63,250 nucleotides of DNA, filler included, from an uncultured virus (IMG/VR IMGVR_UViG_2049941000_000294) (10 parts of one record of this genome joined end to end with filler, not necessarily neighbours in it), one strand, 5' to 3'; counted from the first letter of the whole stretch, positions 44,258 to 56,242 are shown. Program-made: numbers and translations. Notes: generated by a model from the sequence alone, not told the origin.

Positions 44258-44773
44258 TTGGAAAAATACTTTTCGACGAAAATGATTGGAAGGGTAAAAA
44301 ATAGTATGTCGAAAGTTGTTCTTGAAAGTGCTAAAATTTTAAAGCCTTTAAATGTTAGAAATTTTACATATAAAGAAACCAATTTTTACGAGTTTCAGCG
44401 TGAATTTCAGATGCTAATCCATACCAATCGAGGTGATTACTTGTGGACCGTTCTTCCTCCGTACACGAGTAATTGCGGCTCGATTCCGTGGCTTGGCCAA
44501 AAGGTTTTGCGTGTAAAATCTTTTGATCCTGACAACGAATTGCAAAACGCTTTTTTCTTTTTCCACGACGACCTTTACCAAAAAAAAGGCTACAACATTT
44601 TCAATCGCGATGATTCAGACGCTCTTTGCCGTGGCGGTCTTCGCGAGGCTGGGTTGTCTCGATTCCAGGCATCTACGATAGACTTCTTTTTGATGCTCGG
44701 TGCTTGGGGACACTGGGGCGATAATGAATATCACAACAAAGATTGCTTGAGTAGTCTTGTACCTTGCAAATAA
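44258..44773 (+). CDS. DUF1353-like protein
   Basis: SNCGSIP, HDDLYQ and RDDSDAL motifs. Confidence 0.65.
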   Translation: MEKYFSTKMIGRVKNSMSKVVLESAKILKPLNVRNFTYKETNFYEFQREFQMLIHTNRGDYLWTVLPPYTSNCGSIPWLGQKVLRVKSFDPDNELQNAFFFFHDDLYQKKGYNIFNRDDSDALCRGGLREAGLSRFQASTIDFFLMLGAWGHWGDNEYHNKDCLSSLVPCK

Positions 44774-44858
44774 CTTGTGCCTAAATCATTATACTTTCGT
44801 GATTCTCAACAGAATCAAGTCTTTAAAGTTGTGTATGCACTTTTTTATACACTTTTTC

Positions 44859-44890
44859 AAAAAAAAGAAAGTCCGGGATTAATCCCGGAC
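44859..44890 (-). terminator. Intrinsic terminator after the integrase
   Basis: Perfect palindrome GTCCGGGATTAATCCCGGAC followed by a T-tract on the minus strand. Confidence 0.8.
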
Positions 44891-44940
44891 CGCTAGTCCT
44901 TGAACCAATTATAGCATCATGGTTCGCACTCGTCAACCGT

Positions 44941-45939
44941 CTATTTGTAAACTTCGCTTATTGCCTTTTCGGAATCGGTGTCGAGGATGTGACCGTATGT
45001 GTCGATTGTCATCGTGATGTTTTCGTGACGCATCAAGTCCCTGACTACCATAAGATTTATACCCTTATTCGCTCGTAGGATGTTCGATCCAAAAGAGTGC
45101 CTGAAGCGATGTGCATGAGCTTTTCCTGGGAATCCTTCCGGAATGGCTTTTTGGGCAGACTTCCTCAGCTTGTACTTCGAAAATTTAAAATTCCACTCGC
45201 CGTCATAACGGTCGATTTCTCTCTTCAATCTTGGACACACTGGGATTGTTGCCGGCTTGTCGCCTTTACCGACAACGTGTATTTTCCCATCGTAGATTTT
45301 TTCTGGCCGCATTGCGACGGCTTCGCTAACGCGTAAACCGGCAAACGCCATGAGAGACCACAAGAGACGTGTCTTTGGATCGGGTGCGTTCGCGATTATC
45401 CTGTCGATTTGGTCTATCGTCCAAAAGTCTCGGTGAGTTTTAGTTACTTTTCTTTTGGGAATCGCTTTTTTTATTGGATTTTTGGGAAGCAGTTCGAGTA
45501 CATCGACGACGAAATTGAAAAAGGTCGCAAGAATGGTTTTCTTGTGCATATATGTTCGCGAGGAATTTTGTTCGGTATTTTTCAGAAACGCCTCATTTAT
45601 TTCTTTTGTCGTTATTGAAGAAACGGGCCTGTCGAAAAGTGGCCTGATTGAATCTACACCATTGACTATTACATACACGCTTGCAGGCTTTACGCCCTTG
45701 GATCTTTCGTACTGTTCGAATTTGATAACGGCTTCTCCTAGAGTCATTGTTTCGGCTTTGTCTTTGATGTCAAAGTCGCCGGCTTTCAGCCGTTCTTGCA
45801 TGCGAAACTTGGCTTCGGTTTTGCTTGACGTGCCGAGGCTAAAATAATGGGTTTTCCCTTTTGCGTGCGGGTCGGGAACTCGTGCGTACCAAGTTTGTAT
45901 GTTTTTTGATTTGTTCTTTTGGACTAGCGTTACGGCCAT
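44941..45939 (-). CDS. int: Tyrosine integrase
   Basis: GLRVSE, GKGDK, HRFRH and RHENITMTIDTY catalytic set. Confidence 0.96.
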   Translation of the reverse strand: MAVTLVQKNKSKNIQTWYARVPDPHAKGKTHYFSLGTSSKTEAKFRMQERLKAGDFDIKDKAETMTLGEAVIKFEQYERSKGVKPASVYVIVNGVDSIRPLFDRPVSSITTKEINEAFLKNTEQNSSRTYMHKKTILATFFNFVVDVLELLPKNPIKKAIPKRKVTKTHRDFWTIDQIDRIIANAPDPKTRLLWSLMAFAGLRVSEAVAMRPEKIYDGKIHVVGKGDKPATIPVCPRLKREIDRYDGEWNFKFSKYKLRKSAQKAIPEGFPGKAHAHRFRHSFGSNILRANKGINLMVVRDLMRHENITMTIDTYGHILDTDSEKAISEVYK

Positions 45940-45942
45940 GTG

Positions 45943-46191
45943 TTACCTTGTCTTTCTTCTTGATGCCATTATTCGTTTGGTTCTTCTGTCGAGCCATGTT
46001 TCTACAGCGGCTTTGCTAAAAAGATATCCTCCGGGATGGATTTTAGGTTCGATGTTGTTGTCGCGGATTTCTTTGGACAAGGTTGTCTGCTTGACGCCCA
46101 TAGCATCCATAGCTCCGATGGTGGTATAGTATTCGTCATCGAGATAGATGACTGTCTTTTGCGAAAAATCAAGAGATGTTTTTGCTGTCAT
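45943..46191 (-). CDS. Small HTH protein, probable excisionase
   Basis: AMDAMGVKQTTL helix-turn-helix, immediately upstream of int. Confidence 0.65.
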   Translation of the reverse strand: MTAKTSLDFSQKTVIYLDDEYYTTIGAMDAMGVKQTTLSKEIRDNNIEPKIHPGGYLFSKAAVETWLDRRTKRIMASRRKTR

Positions 46192-46207
46192 TTTTTTTCT
46201 CCTTCTT

Positions 46208-49200
46208 TTACAATAAAATCTCTAAACTGATATTGAAAATTTCTTCATTCCAGCCACAAAAGGCTTGCATTTTGTGGCAAATATCCAATAGTTTTTTCAA
46301 TTCCGGGACGTTCATTTCTTCTGGCGTTTTCGGCGCTTTGTTGCAGAGCCATTTCTTTGGAGGGCGTTTCATGATTATATCTCTCCTGGTTCGAGTTCTA
46401 CGATGGATGAATGTGTCAGCGGAAATTCGAGGAAACGACGGTCTTCGATATCCTTGAAATCTTTTAATCTTACGACGGTCGTGTTCTTTAGAATCTTTTT
46501 TATTTGGGGCCATTTTCTGCCGTAAAGCTGGTGCATACTGTTGTTGAATAGCTTGTTGCGCTTGGCTTTCGATTTTCGCATCACGCCTCCTTATCTTAGT
46601 GAAAAATTTTTAGACTTTCCTTGTTTGATTTTTATATAACATTCCGGGCAAACCTTGGCGTTTATGCCGTGAGCCGTTCCTAATCTATATATAGTGCCAG
46701 TTACTTTTACAAGCGGCTCCCTGTCGTCAGAAACTCCACATCCAGAGCAAAATTCAGTAAATAACAATCCCATTTTTACTTGTCCTTGAATTTATCTGCA
46801 AGCGCAAGCCAAAGCGATTTGTACTTGTAATGAATTGTTATTTGTTTATTGTATTCGTCTGCCAATTCTTCACTACCTGCACCATAAAAGAGGTCTTTGA
46901 AATGTGTCGCATTCATTTCAGCGATTACAGACCTCAACAAGCACCGCTTGTACTTGTGGTGACGGAGTTCCTTTTCTGCCTTTGCTTGAATCACGTACAA
47001 ACCTTGTGCGTAATCGTGGACTTGCTTTTGCAATTCCGCAATCTCCGCATTGCGTTCATCAAGAATGGCGTCAGTTAGCTTTTTATCATCTCGTAAATCA
47101 GCATTGTCACTTTTCAGCGCCGCAATCACCTTGTCGGCTTCCGCCTTAAGATAGCACGGCACATAAGACATATCCTTGTTCAACATTAACTGATGCTTCA
47201 GTTCGCTCATTTGTACACCTCCGCCTTGGCTCGGCATTTTGCTTCTGCTATATTTATTGCTTTCTGCATTTGTTTGCAAGCTTCGTCGAATGTGTTAAAT
47301 CCGTCGTTCCAAAATCTTGAATTGCAATGCGTGTATTTCCGCAAATATTCGTCAACGGCAAATCGGCTTAACGCTAAAGCCCTCGCAAGCCACAGCGCAC
47401 GCTGAGTCTTGCAAATCTGCTTTGCGTTTAATTTCAGCCCTTCGCACATGGATTCTATGCTTTCAATGTGGACTTTTCTAACGTTTTCAAGTCGCTTTAT
47501 TTCGTATTTCAGTTCCGCGTTCTCGCGCTTGAGGCTTTCGTATTCCTCAAGCGGTATCTCGCACGTCATGATTGGCGGGTGTTCAGCGCCGGGGTGCGTG
47601 GGGTAGTGTTTTACGTTGTGTTTATTGTTCATCGCTTACTCCTTTTCTTCTGTAACTTCCATTCTATAGCGTTTGCCGTTTATTGAAAAAATGAAAACTT
47701 GTTTATTCGAGAGTAAAAACTGAGCTGCCGCGCCAATGGCTTCGTCAGTTACAGGTGACTTTGTTTTCCAAACGCCGGGTTTAATTATCGTACCTGCGTA
47801 GATTGCTGATAAGCCGCATCCAACGTGATAATCTGCCATATTTACGCGACTCCTTTGTAAATGTGGACGGTCATTGTCCCGGCGTCCTGGAGCGTGAACG
47901 TAATTTCGAACGGGACTCCAGCGAGAATATTCGCTGCCTTGCGTCTGGCCTTCCATGCCTTCTGCACTTCGAGTCTGTGAGCGCGCCATGCGGGGTCTTC
48001 GCGATGGGTGTAGAAGTATCTTAAGCTTTTACGTCTGCAAGCAAGCTTGCCTTTTTCTGTTGCACGATAGCGTTTGCTGCGGTCGTGGGCGGACTTCTTG
48101 CCGGCCGGACTTTGTTCCCATGCCTTATGCTGTGCGATTCGTTTTGGTGACTTATCGTAAATCCTGTCGAGGTTTCGCCTGTTACGTTTGACTGGGTCTT
48201 CGACGAGGCATGTTTTCACGTTGCCGTGTGCCTCCGTTCGTTCAGCGATTAGAGATTCCCAGTCCTGCATAAACTTCCTTTACTCTTTCGTTTAGTAGTT
48301 TGTTTACGTATTTTTTGCACTTGCGTTTTACGACTCCCCACACATGGAATTGTAATCTCATGTTGTCGAATCTGTGCTTGTACTTGCTTTCTAGGTGGTT
48401 AATGGCGTTCTTCAACAGCAACTGTGTAGTTCTCGCTCGTTCTGCACGTTCCGTAAAAAGTTGTCTCTTGAGTTTGCATACAAGATTGTCAACCGCATTC
48501 GCGTAATACACATCGACATAACGGTCATCTTCTTCCATACGGACGCGTTTTAATTCTTTGATGGAGTTCATGTTTCTTCCTTGATAGGTTATAATTCCTG
48601 TTGAATTTATCGCGGCGTTGCCGATGATGATTTTTAATCGTTCTTGGACGTTGCAAACAACGCCTTCCCAGTAATCTTGACCTTTGCCGTCGTCTGCGAA
48701 GCCGCATGCACTTGACATCGCTTCGGCATGGGTTTTCAAGAGCTGCAAATCGGTGGCGGACATCTCGTCAATGCGTTGTGACGGGCGGTTGTTGTAAAGC
48801 CTAAATTTTCGTCTGATTATGCTCATGGGTGGCCTCTGGCATTGGTGTTTTCGGCATCCAGCATTCCACTTCTTTTGGCAAAAATTCACATCCCCAGCCT
48901 GGGGCTGATGCATAAAAAATGCAATGCGACGGATTTAAAAACATTTGTTTGTAAACGCCAAGAAAACGCTCTCTTACTCCACTGTCGCCTTCAAAAAGAT
49001 GTCGGCGTGCAATGAACTCGACTTCTTGATTTATTTCCGGAAGCTTATCACTTGGCGATATCCATTCGCATTTTAATGCAACGGTTTCTCCATTGAACGA
49101 TTCGTCTATAGCCTGGAAAATGTCGTTGTAGGCATTGGCGAGTATTGTGGCTGTGGTGAATTCGCCTTTGTACGTGCCTTTTGCTTTTCGATTAGCAATA

Positions 49201-50340
49201 GTCTGATCAATCAATCCTGCCTGCCAGGAGATTCTTTTTTCGAGGCGTTCGTGGATTATTTTTCTGATTTCCTTTATCTGGTCGTCGATGCCGTCGATGC
49301 CATATATCTTGTTTTGCTCGACAAGAAAATAACGAATGCTGTTGAGTTCTTCGAGCCGACGGCGAAAACGATGCAGCATCGTCGATGCGTAACCGGCATC
49401 ATCTTTCTTGAGGTTTTCTTGCAGAATGTCAAGATTCTTTTCGAGATATTCTATGTAATTCATTTGAATTTCCTTGGCTTTAGTTTTTTCCAGTGTTCCG
49501 GATCTATAACGCAAGATGTGCAGACAAACTTGACTCCGCGTTGGAAACACCACTTGCGATATCCACAGATGCCGCAAGTGGTGTAGGTTTTGAATTCTAT
49601 TTCAGATGTCATTCGCTATTCGTTTTAATTGATCGTGCAAATCTTCAAGGCATCCGCTAAACGTTTTGTAAACTTTGACTATTGCTTTTGATGTGTAGTA
49701 TTGGAGCGCTAATAAACTTTCTAAAGTTTCTTTTGATAACATTTGTTTTTCTTGATAAAGTCTTGTTTTTGAAAAGTCACTATACATCGATCTCGTTGAT
49801 TCTAGCTGCTTTAGAAAGTTTTCAGTTTCTCGTTCGTCTTGCTCGCGCTGTCTTTCATAATCTTCTTCGAACATTATTTCACCTAAATGTTTTGTTTTCG
49901 GCTTTGCTCTTTTGCTGTTCTTGATAAAGTTCTTTGGTTTTGTCGCCTTTGGTTTCAAGGTATATTTCGAACCAGATGTCAAGATCTTCCTTTTTGTAAA
50001 AGAATCTTTTGCCAACTTTTTTGGAGTCCAGTTCGCTGTTCTTTCTGGCATTCGAAATAATCTGTAAGTTTATTCCCAAATATTCATGTGCCTGTTCAAT
50101 GGTCAGGTAACCGAGGCTGTTCATTCTTTTTATGTTGGCGCTTTCTGTTTCTTGTTCCTTGTTGTCTTGGTTTTCCGTCGTTTCGCTGGCATTATTTTGA
50201 ACTGCGGGTTCTACGGCATTTTCATCTTGCGCAGGTTCGTAATACGCTGTTAACGCTTTTGCGATGATCTCCATGATTTTAAGTTTCTTGCCATTTTTTT
50301 TTTGCTTCGGCTTGATCGTCGATGATGCCGTTGAACGCAA
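46208..50340 (-). CDS. Run of small early hypothetical genes (e.g. 46591-46773, 46776-47210, 47207-47632, 47636-47840, 47842-48270, 48801-49463, 49602-49877, HTH protein 49879-50340)
   Basis: Tightly packed co-oriented ORFs; YLTIEQAHEYLG HTH and WISPSDKLP motifs. Confidence 0.65.
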
Positions 50341-50390
50341 ATACAGGTAAGTTGCATTTCCCTTGTATTGATATTGTTTTAATTTCCATT

Positions 50391-51089
50391 TTAATTTTCT
50401 CCTTCTTTTTCTTTGTTGTTTTCAATTTCAGATTCCGCGAAGTAGGACTGGATTACAGCCTTTGACGGTACGACTTCGATGTCGTGCTTATTTTGCCTGA
50501 GCGGCCATGCGACTAGCATCAAGCCGCTCAGCGTTGCGATGTGGCAGCCTTCGGCTTCCGCACCGTACAGGATGTTTGCGATGGTTTCTGTAACGATGGG
50601 TAAAACGCCAAAGGCGTCCGCGACGGAATCCAGCACGCCGATTTCGCCTGGGCGGAATGTCGCCCCTGTTGCAGAAACATTCTGCAAAGATTCTGCTGGC
50701 GGCAACATGCTGAGCAAGTTGGGATAAGGGAGTTCGGTGTCTTCGAGCTTTTCGTAGCTCGGATTATCGAGACCGAGACCGTATTCCATGACAAATTCTT
50801 CTTTCTTTTCGGCGGTGACGAGTGCACGGCCATTGAGGTAGTTCAGGACCTGCATGTCTGCGTAGAAAGCGAGTTCCTGGAGTACGTCAATCTTGCTAAA
50901 GTCTTCGTACTGGTTCAGGTCCAAAACGGCTGCTACGCGTCCGTCCGTGGCGATGGCGTGAGCGGTGCGGTTAGGCACGAAAACGCACTTGAGGATGTTG
51001 GAGCCGGTTCCCTTCTTTGCAGAGATTTTCTTGCCCATGATTTTGAGGGCTGCAGCGGTCTTTTCGAATGGAGATTTTTCGCGTGACAT
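50391..51089 (-). CDS. Beta-sliding-clamp-like protein
   Basis: AIATDGR and YPN motifs resemble DnaN ATDGHRL/YP. Confidence 0.55.
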   Translation of the reverse strand: MSREKSPFEKTAAALKIMGKKISAKKGTGSNILKCVFVPNRTAHAIATDGRVAAVLDLNQYEDFSKIDVLQELAFYADMQVLNYLNGRALVTAEKKEEFVMEYGLGLDNPSYEKLEDTELPYPNLLSMLPPAESLQNVSATGATFRPGEIGVLDSVADAFGVLPIVTETIANILYGAEAEGCHIATLSGLMLVAWPLRQNKHDIEVVPSKAVIQSYFAESEIENNKEKEGEN

Positions 51090-51092
51090 AGT

Positions 51093-52485
51093 TTATTCCT
51101 CTTCGTTTTCTGGATTTTTGTTTTCGGCATCATCGCCAATTTCGTCGTTGGCGCGGCGTTCGAATTCTTCGCGGCTGTCCATCTCAAGGAACTCACGGAT
51201 ATCGTCATCTACGCCGTTGTACCAGTTCACGATGTGGTCGGCTACTTCGTCGAGGAAGTCGTCTTCTGCGCTGTACAGGTGTTTCAGGTAGGTTTCCTGG
51301 TTGCCGTTTTCGTCTTCGTGAACGCGGTTGAGGATTGCCAGGATGAAAGCTTTTGCTGTCCTGCTGATGTTGCCGAAAACGCCCTTGAGCTTGTTTGCGA
51401 CAATCCTTTTTTCTTCTTCGCTCGCTTCACGGCGGATTTTTTCGCGACGCTTGTAATCCATGTGATTCATTTGCCAGTCCCACGAATCCGGGTTTTCGTT
51501 GCGGGCCGGATCGGCGGCTTCGTTTCCGTAACCTTCGTGGCGGAACACGTGGCCCCATTCTGCGGTCTTTTCGTTCACCCAGAACATCGGCTTCTTNNNN
51601 NNNNNNAGCGATGCTGTCCTTGACAAACTCGCGTTCGTCTTCTTCTTCCGTCGAAGTGCTGACATATCCGTTCCATTCGTTCTCGGCATCCATGCGGTCA
51701 TCTTCGGGGACTTCTTCGAGACCGTCCTTGAGGAACTTCTTTCGCCAGTATTCTGCTTCTTTTTTGACCTTGTCCTCGAAGCATTCACGGTCGAGGCAGT
51801 AGCTGCACTGCACGTCGCCGAACAGATCCAGCTGGCGGTCGCTCCGCTTTTCGCAATTGCGACAAAGCTTCTTCGCGTCAAACGGTGCACGTTCAAGTAG
51901 CGGGCGGGCATCCATGACGGCACGCTTGAGTTCTTCCGGATTTTTCCGCGTGGCAAATTCCAAATATTTGGTCACGTCTTCTGGGCTGCACATGGTCAGC
52001 ACTTCGGCGTGACCAAGGTTGATGCGGCCTTCGGCGAGATACTTCATCGCCTTGTCGCCAAGCTCGGTGATGCGGCGGCGGCCTTCTGCCCAGCGGGCGG
52101 ACTTGCCGAACATGGCCCCGATTTCCGTGCGGGTCTTGCCCTGGGCAAAGAGATTTGCGACTGCGTTCGCCTCGTCAACCGCGTTCATGTTCTCGCGGAC
52201 GATGTTCTCCGTCGTCGCGAGCGTGTATGCGGTCTCAGCGTCGGCCTCGATGATTGTGCAGGGGACTTTCTGCATGCCCAGTTCGCGGCATGCCTTGTAG
52301 CGGCGGCTACCTGCGATGACTTCGAACGTGCCATCGTCAAGCGGACGCACGGTGATGTTTTGCAGCAACCCGTTAGCGTTGATGCTCGCTTTCAAGTCTT
52401 CGACGCTTCCGATTTCTGAGCGTGGATTGTTCGGGTTCTCGCGGATTTTCGAGACCGCAATTTCCCTGAATTTATCTTGATTCAT
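51093..52485 (-). CDS. ParB/RepB/Spo0J-family protein with long C-terminal extension (spans a 10-N gap)
   Basis: NPNNPR, GLLQNITVR, IAGSRRYKA and ENIVRENM motifs. Confidence 0.9.
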
Positions 52486-52776
52486 GTCTTGATCCTTCTT
52501 TGAGTTTTTAAACTTTCTCCCTCCGGCGGCTGAACAATTAAGCATAGGAGGTTTTGTGTGAGTGTTGTGGCGTGCGCCACTGCCGCCATCGGGATTTAAA
52601 CTTTGTCCGTCAATTTCTTGCAAGCGTTCTTCAATCGCGTCGATTTCCTTCTTGCCCGGAAATTCGAGGCCGTGACGCTTGCAGAAGTTGCGGCATGCGC
52701 GGATGCTCCTGCCTTGCGGCAAGACTCCCAGCTGGACGAACCTTTTGTCAACGTTTGTCCATGACTTGTACATCGG

Positions 52777-53316
52777 CTAGTCCTTGAACAGGGAACGGAA
52801 TGCACGGAGTCCACGCATATGGGCTTTCGCATCTTCGAGTGCGCTGTGTGCCTTGCCGTTTTCTTCTGCGGACTTGATAATCGGGAACTCCTTTTTCAGA
52901 GTCCGGTAATCGCAATGATCCCAGAAGTTCCACGGGAAATGGTAGCCGAAGTGTGCGAAAAAATGCTTGAGAATCGGGAAATCGAAATCCGTTCCGCAAC
53001 TCCAGACCTTGAAATCGTCTTTCTTGCCCATGGCGAAATTCTTGTAGCACCAAGCCTTGAAATCCGCGATGCCTTCTTTCGGGTCGTCCTTTCCGCCAAA
53101 CGATTCGTCGAACACTTCCTTGTCCTTTTTACGCCACCAGTCCATAGTGGAGAGATCGTCCTGAAAGCCTTCCTCGACGAGCTTGAGAATGTTGAAGCGG
53201 CGGTAGAATTCGCACTGGTTGCCGTCGCGGTCGAAGCCGAACGCCCCAATTGTGAGAACTTTGCAGCCGGGATTCTGCCCGGTGGTCTCGATGTCGATCA
53301 TCAGTTCGTTTTTCAT
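52777..53316 (-). CDS. DEDDh 3'-5' exonuclease
   Basis: MIDIETTG, DFDFPIL and HSALEDA motifs. Confidence 0.9.
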   Translation of the reverse strand: MKNELMIDIETTGQNPGCKVLTIGAFGFDRDGNQCEFYRRFNILKLVEEGFQDDLSTMDWWRKKDKEVFDESFGGKDDPKEGIADFKAWCYKNFAMGKKDDFKVWSCGTDFDFPILKHFFAHFGYHFPWNFWDHCDYRTLKKEFPIIKSAEENGKAHSALEDAKAHMRGLRAFRSLFKD

Positions 53317-53339
53317 AATCCTTCCTTTGAGTTTGTTTG

Positions 53340-53573
53340 TTAAAACTTGGCGATGCCCTTGTATTCGCAGTGCTTGAACATCGTGATTTTGATTGCTTTC
53401 ACGGAGTCTGCGATGAAGCGTGTCTTCGAGCGTTCGATGAACTTGCAGATATCGCTTACGTCCGGGTGCGGCTTTCCGCTGACTTTCACTTCTGTAATCT
53501 TCTTCTGGTCCGTGAATACGCTGACGACGTAAGAGCCGAACCGCGTTTCGCCTTTGAGCCTTGTGACTTCCAT
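53340..53573 (-). CDS. Hypothetical protein
   Basis: GGAGG RBS; operon context. Confidence 0.6.
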   Translation of the reverse strand: MEVTRLKGETRFGSYVVSVFTDQKKITEVKVSGKPHPDVSDICKFIERSKTRFIADSVKAIKITMFKHCEYKGIAKF

Positions 53574-53593
53574 GCATCCCTCCGGGCTTGCGT

Positions 53594-54064
53594 TTAGAAC
53601 GGCAAGTCTTCCATGTCGGCCTGTTGCTGGGCTTCGTAGGCTTGCTGGAATTCCGTCTTCGGCTTTTGCTGGCCTTGCGGCTGGCCCTGCGTTGCCGTGC
53701 CGTTGCCTTTCGCCGTTCCGCTGGACTTCGGCTTCGCCATCTTCCGCATCTCTGTGACGAGCACGTAGATTTCGTTATGCTGTTCGTTCGTCTGCGAATT
53801 CACCCAGTTGTTATTGCGGAGCTTGCCTTCGACCATCACGCGGTCGCCCTTTGCGAACTGCATGCGGCTTAGCGTCGTCGCGAGGTTACCCCACGCGGTG
53901 CACTTAACCCAAGTGCTCTTGCTTTTCCACTCGTTGCCTTCCTTGTACGGTTCGCTTGTGCAGACGTCAAAAGTGAATCGCGGCTGGTTCTGCGAACTGA
54001 GTATATATTTCGGGTTGTCGCCCAAGTTACCGATAACTTCATAAAAATTCTTGAAAAGGCTCAT
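53594..54064 (-). CDS. ssb: Single-stranded DNA-binding protein
   Basis: IGNLGDNP, KGDRVMVEGKL and C-terminal EDLPF. Confidence 0.95.
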   Translation of the reverse strand: MSLFKNFYEVIGNLGDNPKYILSSQNQPRFTFDVCTSEPYKEGNEWKSKSTWVKCTAWGNLATTLSRMQFAKGDRVMVEGKLRNNNWVNSQTNEQHNEIYVLVTEMRKMAKPKSSGTAKGNGTATQGQPQGQQKPKTEFQQAYEAQQQADMEDLPF

Positions 54065-54626
54065 TTCAATTCTCCGTTCCATTCCTTAGGATATCTTACA
54101 GGTTGGCTTCGTGGGTCGCTTTCAGGCAAGAGCCGTGGCGAAAGTGACGGATCTTCGCCGTTGCGGATGCCGTTGTAATTCATGGCCAATAACCGTGTAG
54201 CCCTGCGGACAAATTCCCTGCTACCGCCGTTGGCACATTTCTCTTCGTCTCGTCGGAGAATGTACCAGGAATATTCCTTTTCCCAGCCAACCTTAAGGCA
54301 CAGCATGTGCAGGGCGGTCCTGTAGTTGTGCTGCTTGATAACCTGTTGTACAAATTCCGGACGCTTGACCATGGCTTACCTATCCTTCGGCAATACCTGC
54401 GACAGCCATCGCGAAAAGGAACATCGCGAAACCGAAGCCGGTTGCCAATCCAATTAAACAGTCCTTCATCACTTGCCTCCGTAAAATTCGACGGCTATAT
54501 AGAGAGCGGCTGTAGCGATGGCGAAAAACGCGGCGAGGATGCAGACATCGCTGATGATGAGGGACTTTTCGTCCGGGTTCTCGTTCAGCCACTTGATAGC
54601 GGCCTTTACGTTATCGACGAGTTTTT

Positions 54627-55766
54627 TCATCCTGCCTTTCTCCTTTCGGCTTCGGCCTTGCAGTAGGCGGTGCAATGGCCTTTCCAGTTGTTGATTGCGA
54701 CTCCGTCCTTGTCGCAGCCTGGGCGGTCCACGAAGTTCATCTGGTACCACATCCGGGCGTCGTCAATATCGAGGTTCCTGTCGAGGGCGAAGAGCCTCAC
54801 GTCCTCGGAGCTTCTCGGCGGGGAGTTCGCCTGCGGCTTCTGCGGTCGGTGACGCTGGTTGTGGTTGATGACGAACTGCGGGGGAGTGTTGCCCGCCGGA
54901 TGGCTAGAACCGGCGGACAACGTTTTTCGCCCCTCTCCAGGGCTAGGCATTACCAGAGCCTCAAAAGAATCCCCTGCGGCGGATGTTCTAGATTCCAGTG
55001 CACCACCGTTTCCGGCGTCGGTCATGTTCTCGGAGTCCTTACGGATATCCGCATCCGTCGCAGGTTCTTCGCGACCGCGCTTGTGGCGGTCGCTCTGGTC
55101 ATTTGCCGGACTGTCCGGCTGAGCAGCATTCGTGCCGTCTTCGGGACTGCATGACGGCGATGCATGCCGACAGCTTGAGCTGTTGTCCCGGGTCTTCGCG
55201 TTTTGTCTACACTTATCTAGTCCAGGCATGTCGAGAGCTAAAGGGTTGGAGACTGTGGTAGTACGGGCAACAGCGACGTTTCCGTCAGTCTCTCCGCCAG
55301 CAGCCTCGCGGCGTGCTGAGTCTCCGTTGTTTGTGCTTTCCTTGTCGGGTACTTGGTAGTTACCTGAGGCGGTTTCTTGGTCGTTAAATTCTTCGAGGCC
55401 GTTGCCGCTTTCGTCCGGGGCATTACCGTTCCCGGCGACCTCTTGAGACTTTTGCTTCTGCTTGCGGGCCTTGGCACTGGCTTTACCGCCTTTCTTGCCA
55501 GCTTCCGATTTGGCAGAATATTTCTCGTTGGCAGTTGTTAGCATATCTTTCGTGAGTTCGTCTTCGGAATCGATATTGCAAAAAAGAAGGTCTTCAGCCA
55601 TCTTTCTTACCCAATTGGCTAGGCTATCATTGTCGTTGCCAAAATTGTGGACGATTCTTGCAAAATCGAGAATCGACAGAGGAACCCATTTAGGTTGCCA
55701 TGTGACGTTATCTTTAACCATTAACAACCATGTTCTTGTGGAGTTCTTTGATTGCCATGTTGACAA
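54627..55766 (-). CDS. Probable phage replication initiator
   Basis: AGKKGG motif, low-complexity linker, C-terminal INNWK helical domain; upstream of ssb. Confidence 0.6.
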   Translation of the reverse strand: MSTWQSKNSTRTWLLMVKDNVTWQPKWVPLSILDFARIVHNFGNDNDSLANWVRKMAEDLLFCNIDSEDELTKDMLTTANEKYSAKSEAGKKGGKASAKARKQKQKSQEVAGNGNAPDESGNGLEEFNDQETASGNYQVPDKESTNNGDSARREAAGGETDGNVAVARTTTVSNPLALDMPGLDKCRQNAKTRDNSSSCRHASPSCSPEDGTNAAQPDSPANDQSDRHKRGREEPATDADIRKDSENMTDAGNGGALESRTSAAGDSFEALVMPSPGEGRKTLSAGSSHPAGNTPPQFVINHNQRHRPQKPQANSPPRSSEDVRLFALDRNLDIDDARMWYQMNFVDRPGCDKDGVAINNWKGHCTAYCKAEAERRKAG

Positions 55767-56106
55767 TCATCTTACCGCTTACAGATGATATCGGAATGTT
55801 GAGCTTTTGAGAAATCGTTTTTGCGAGTTCCCTTTCCATCATTTCAGATTCTTCTGTAATTTCACGTAGTATTTTGGCCATGATTCTACCTTAGCCATCG
55901 ATGATGATGGTTACTACGTTTAAACCAGGAGTAAACAATTCGGCAATTTTGAGGGCTGTCTTGCTATTTTCCTTCAATTGTTCGTGCTTAAATCCGTCGC
56001 CAAGCTGATCGATGATTTTTTGGTTGGTCTGGGCGACTCCGTTCAAAACTTCCCACACGAATCTTTTTTCGGTCTCGTTCAGCTTGATTGTTTTGATGTC
56101 GGTCAT

Positions 56107-56242
56107 GATAGCCTCGCTTGTTTGTTTTAAAAACAAAGTTTTTGATTTACAATTGAAAATATATAAACTGAAAAACAAAAAAGCAATAGGTAAACAAAAA
56201 AAATTTGTTTTTTAATCAAATGATTTTTAAATTTTGCTTTGG
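56107..56242. promoter_or_regulatory. AT-rich divergent promoter / genetic switch region
   Basis: Between the leftward early operon and the rightward HTH repressor; palindrome TTTGTTTT-A-AAAACAAA at 56121-56137. Confidence 0.55.
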
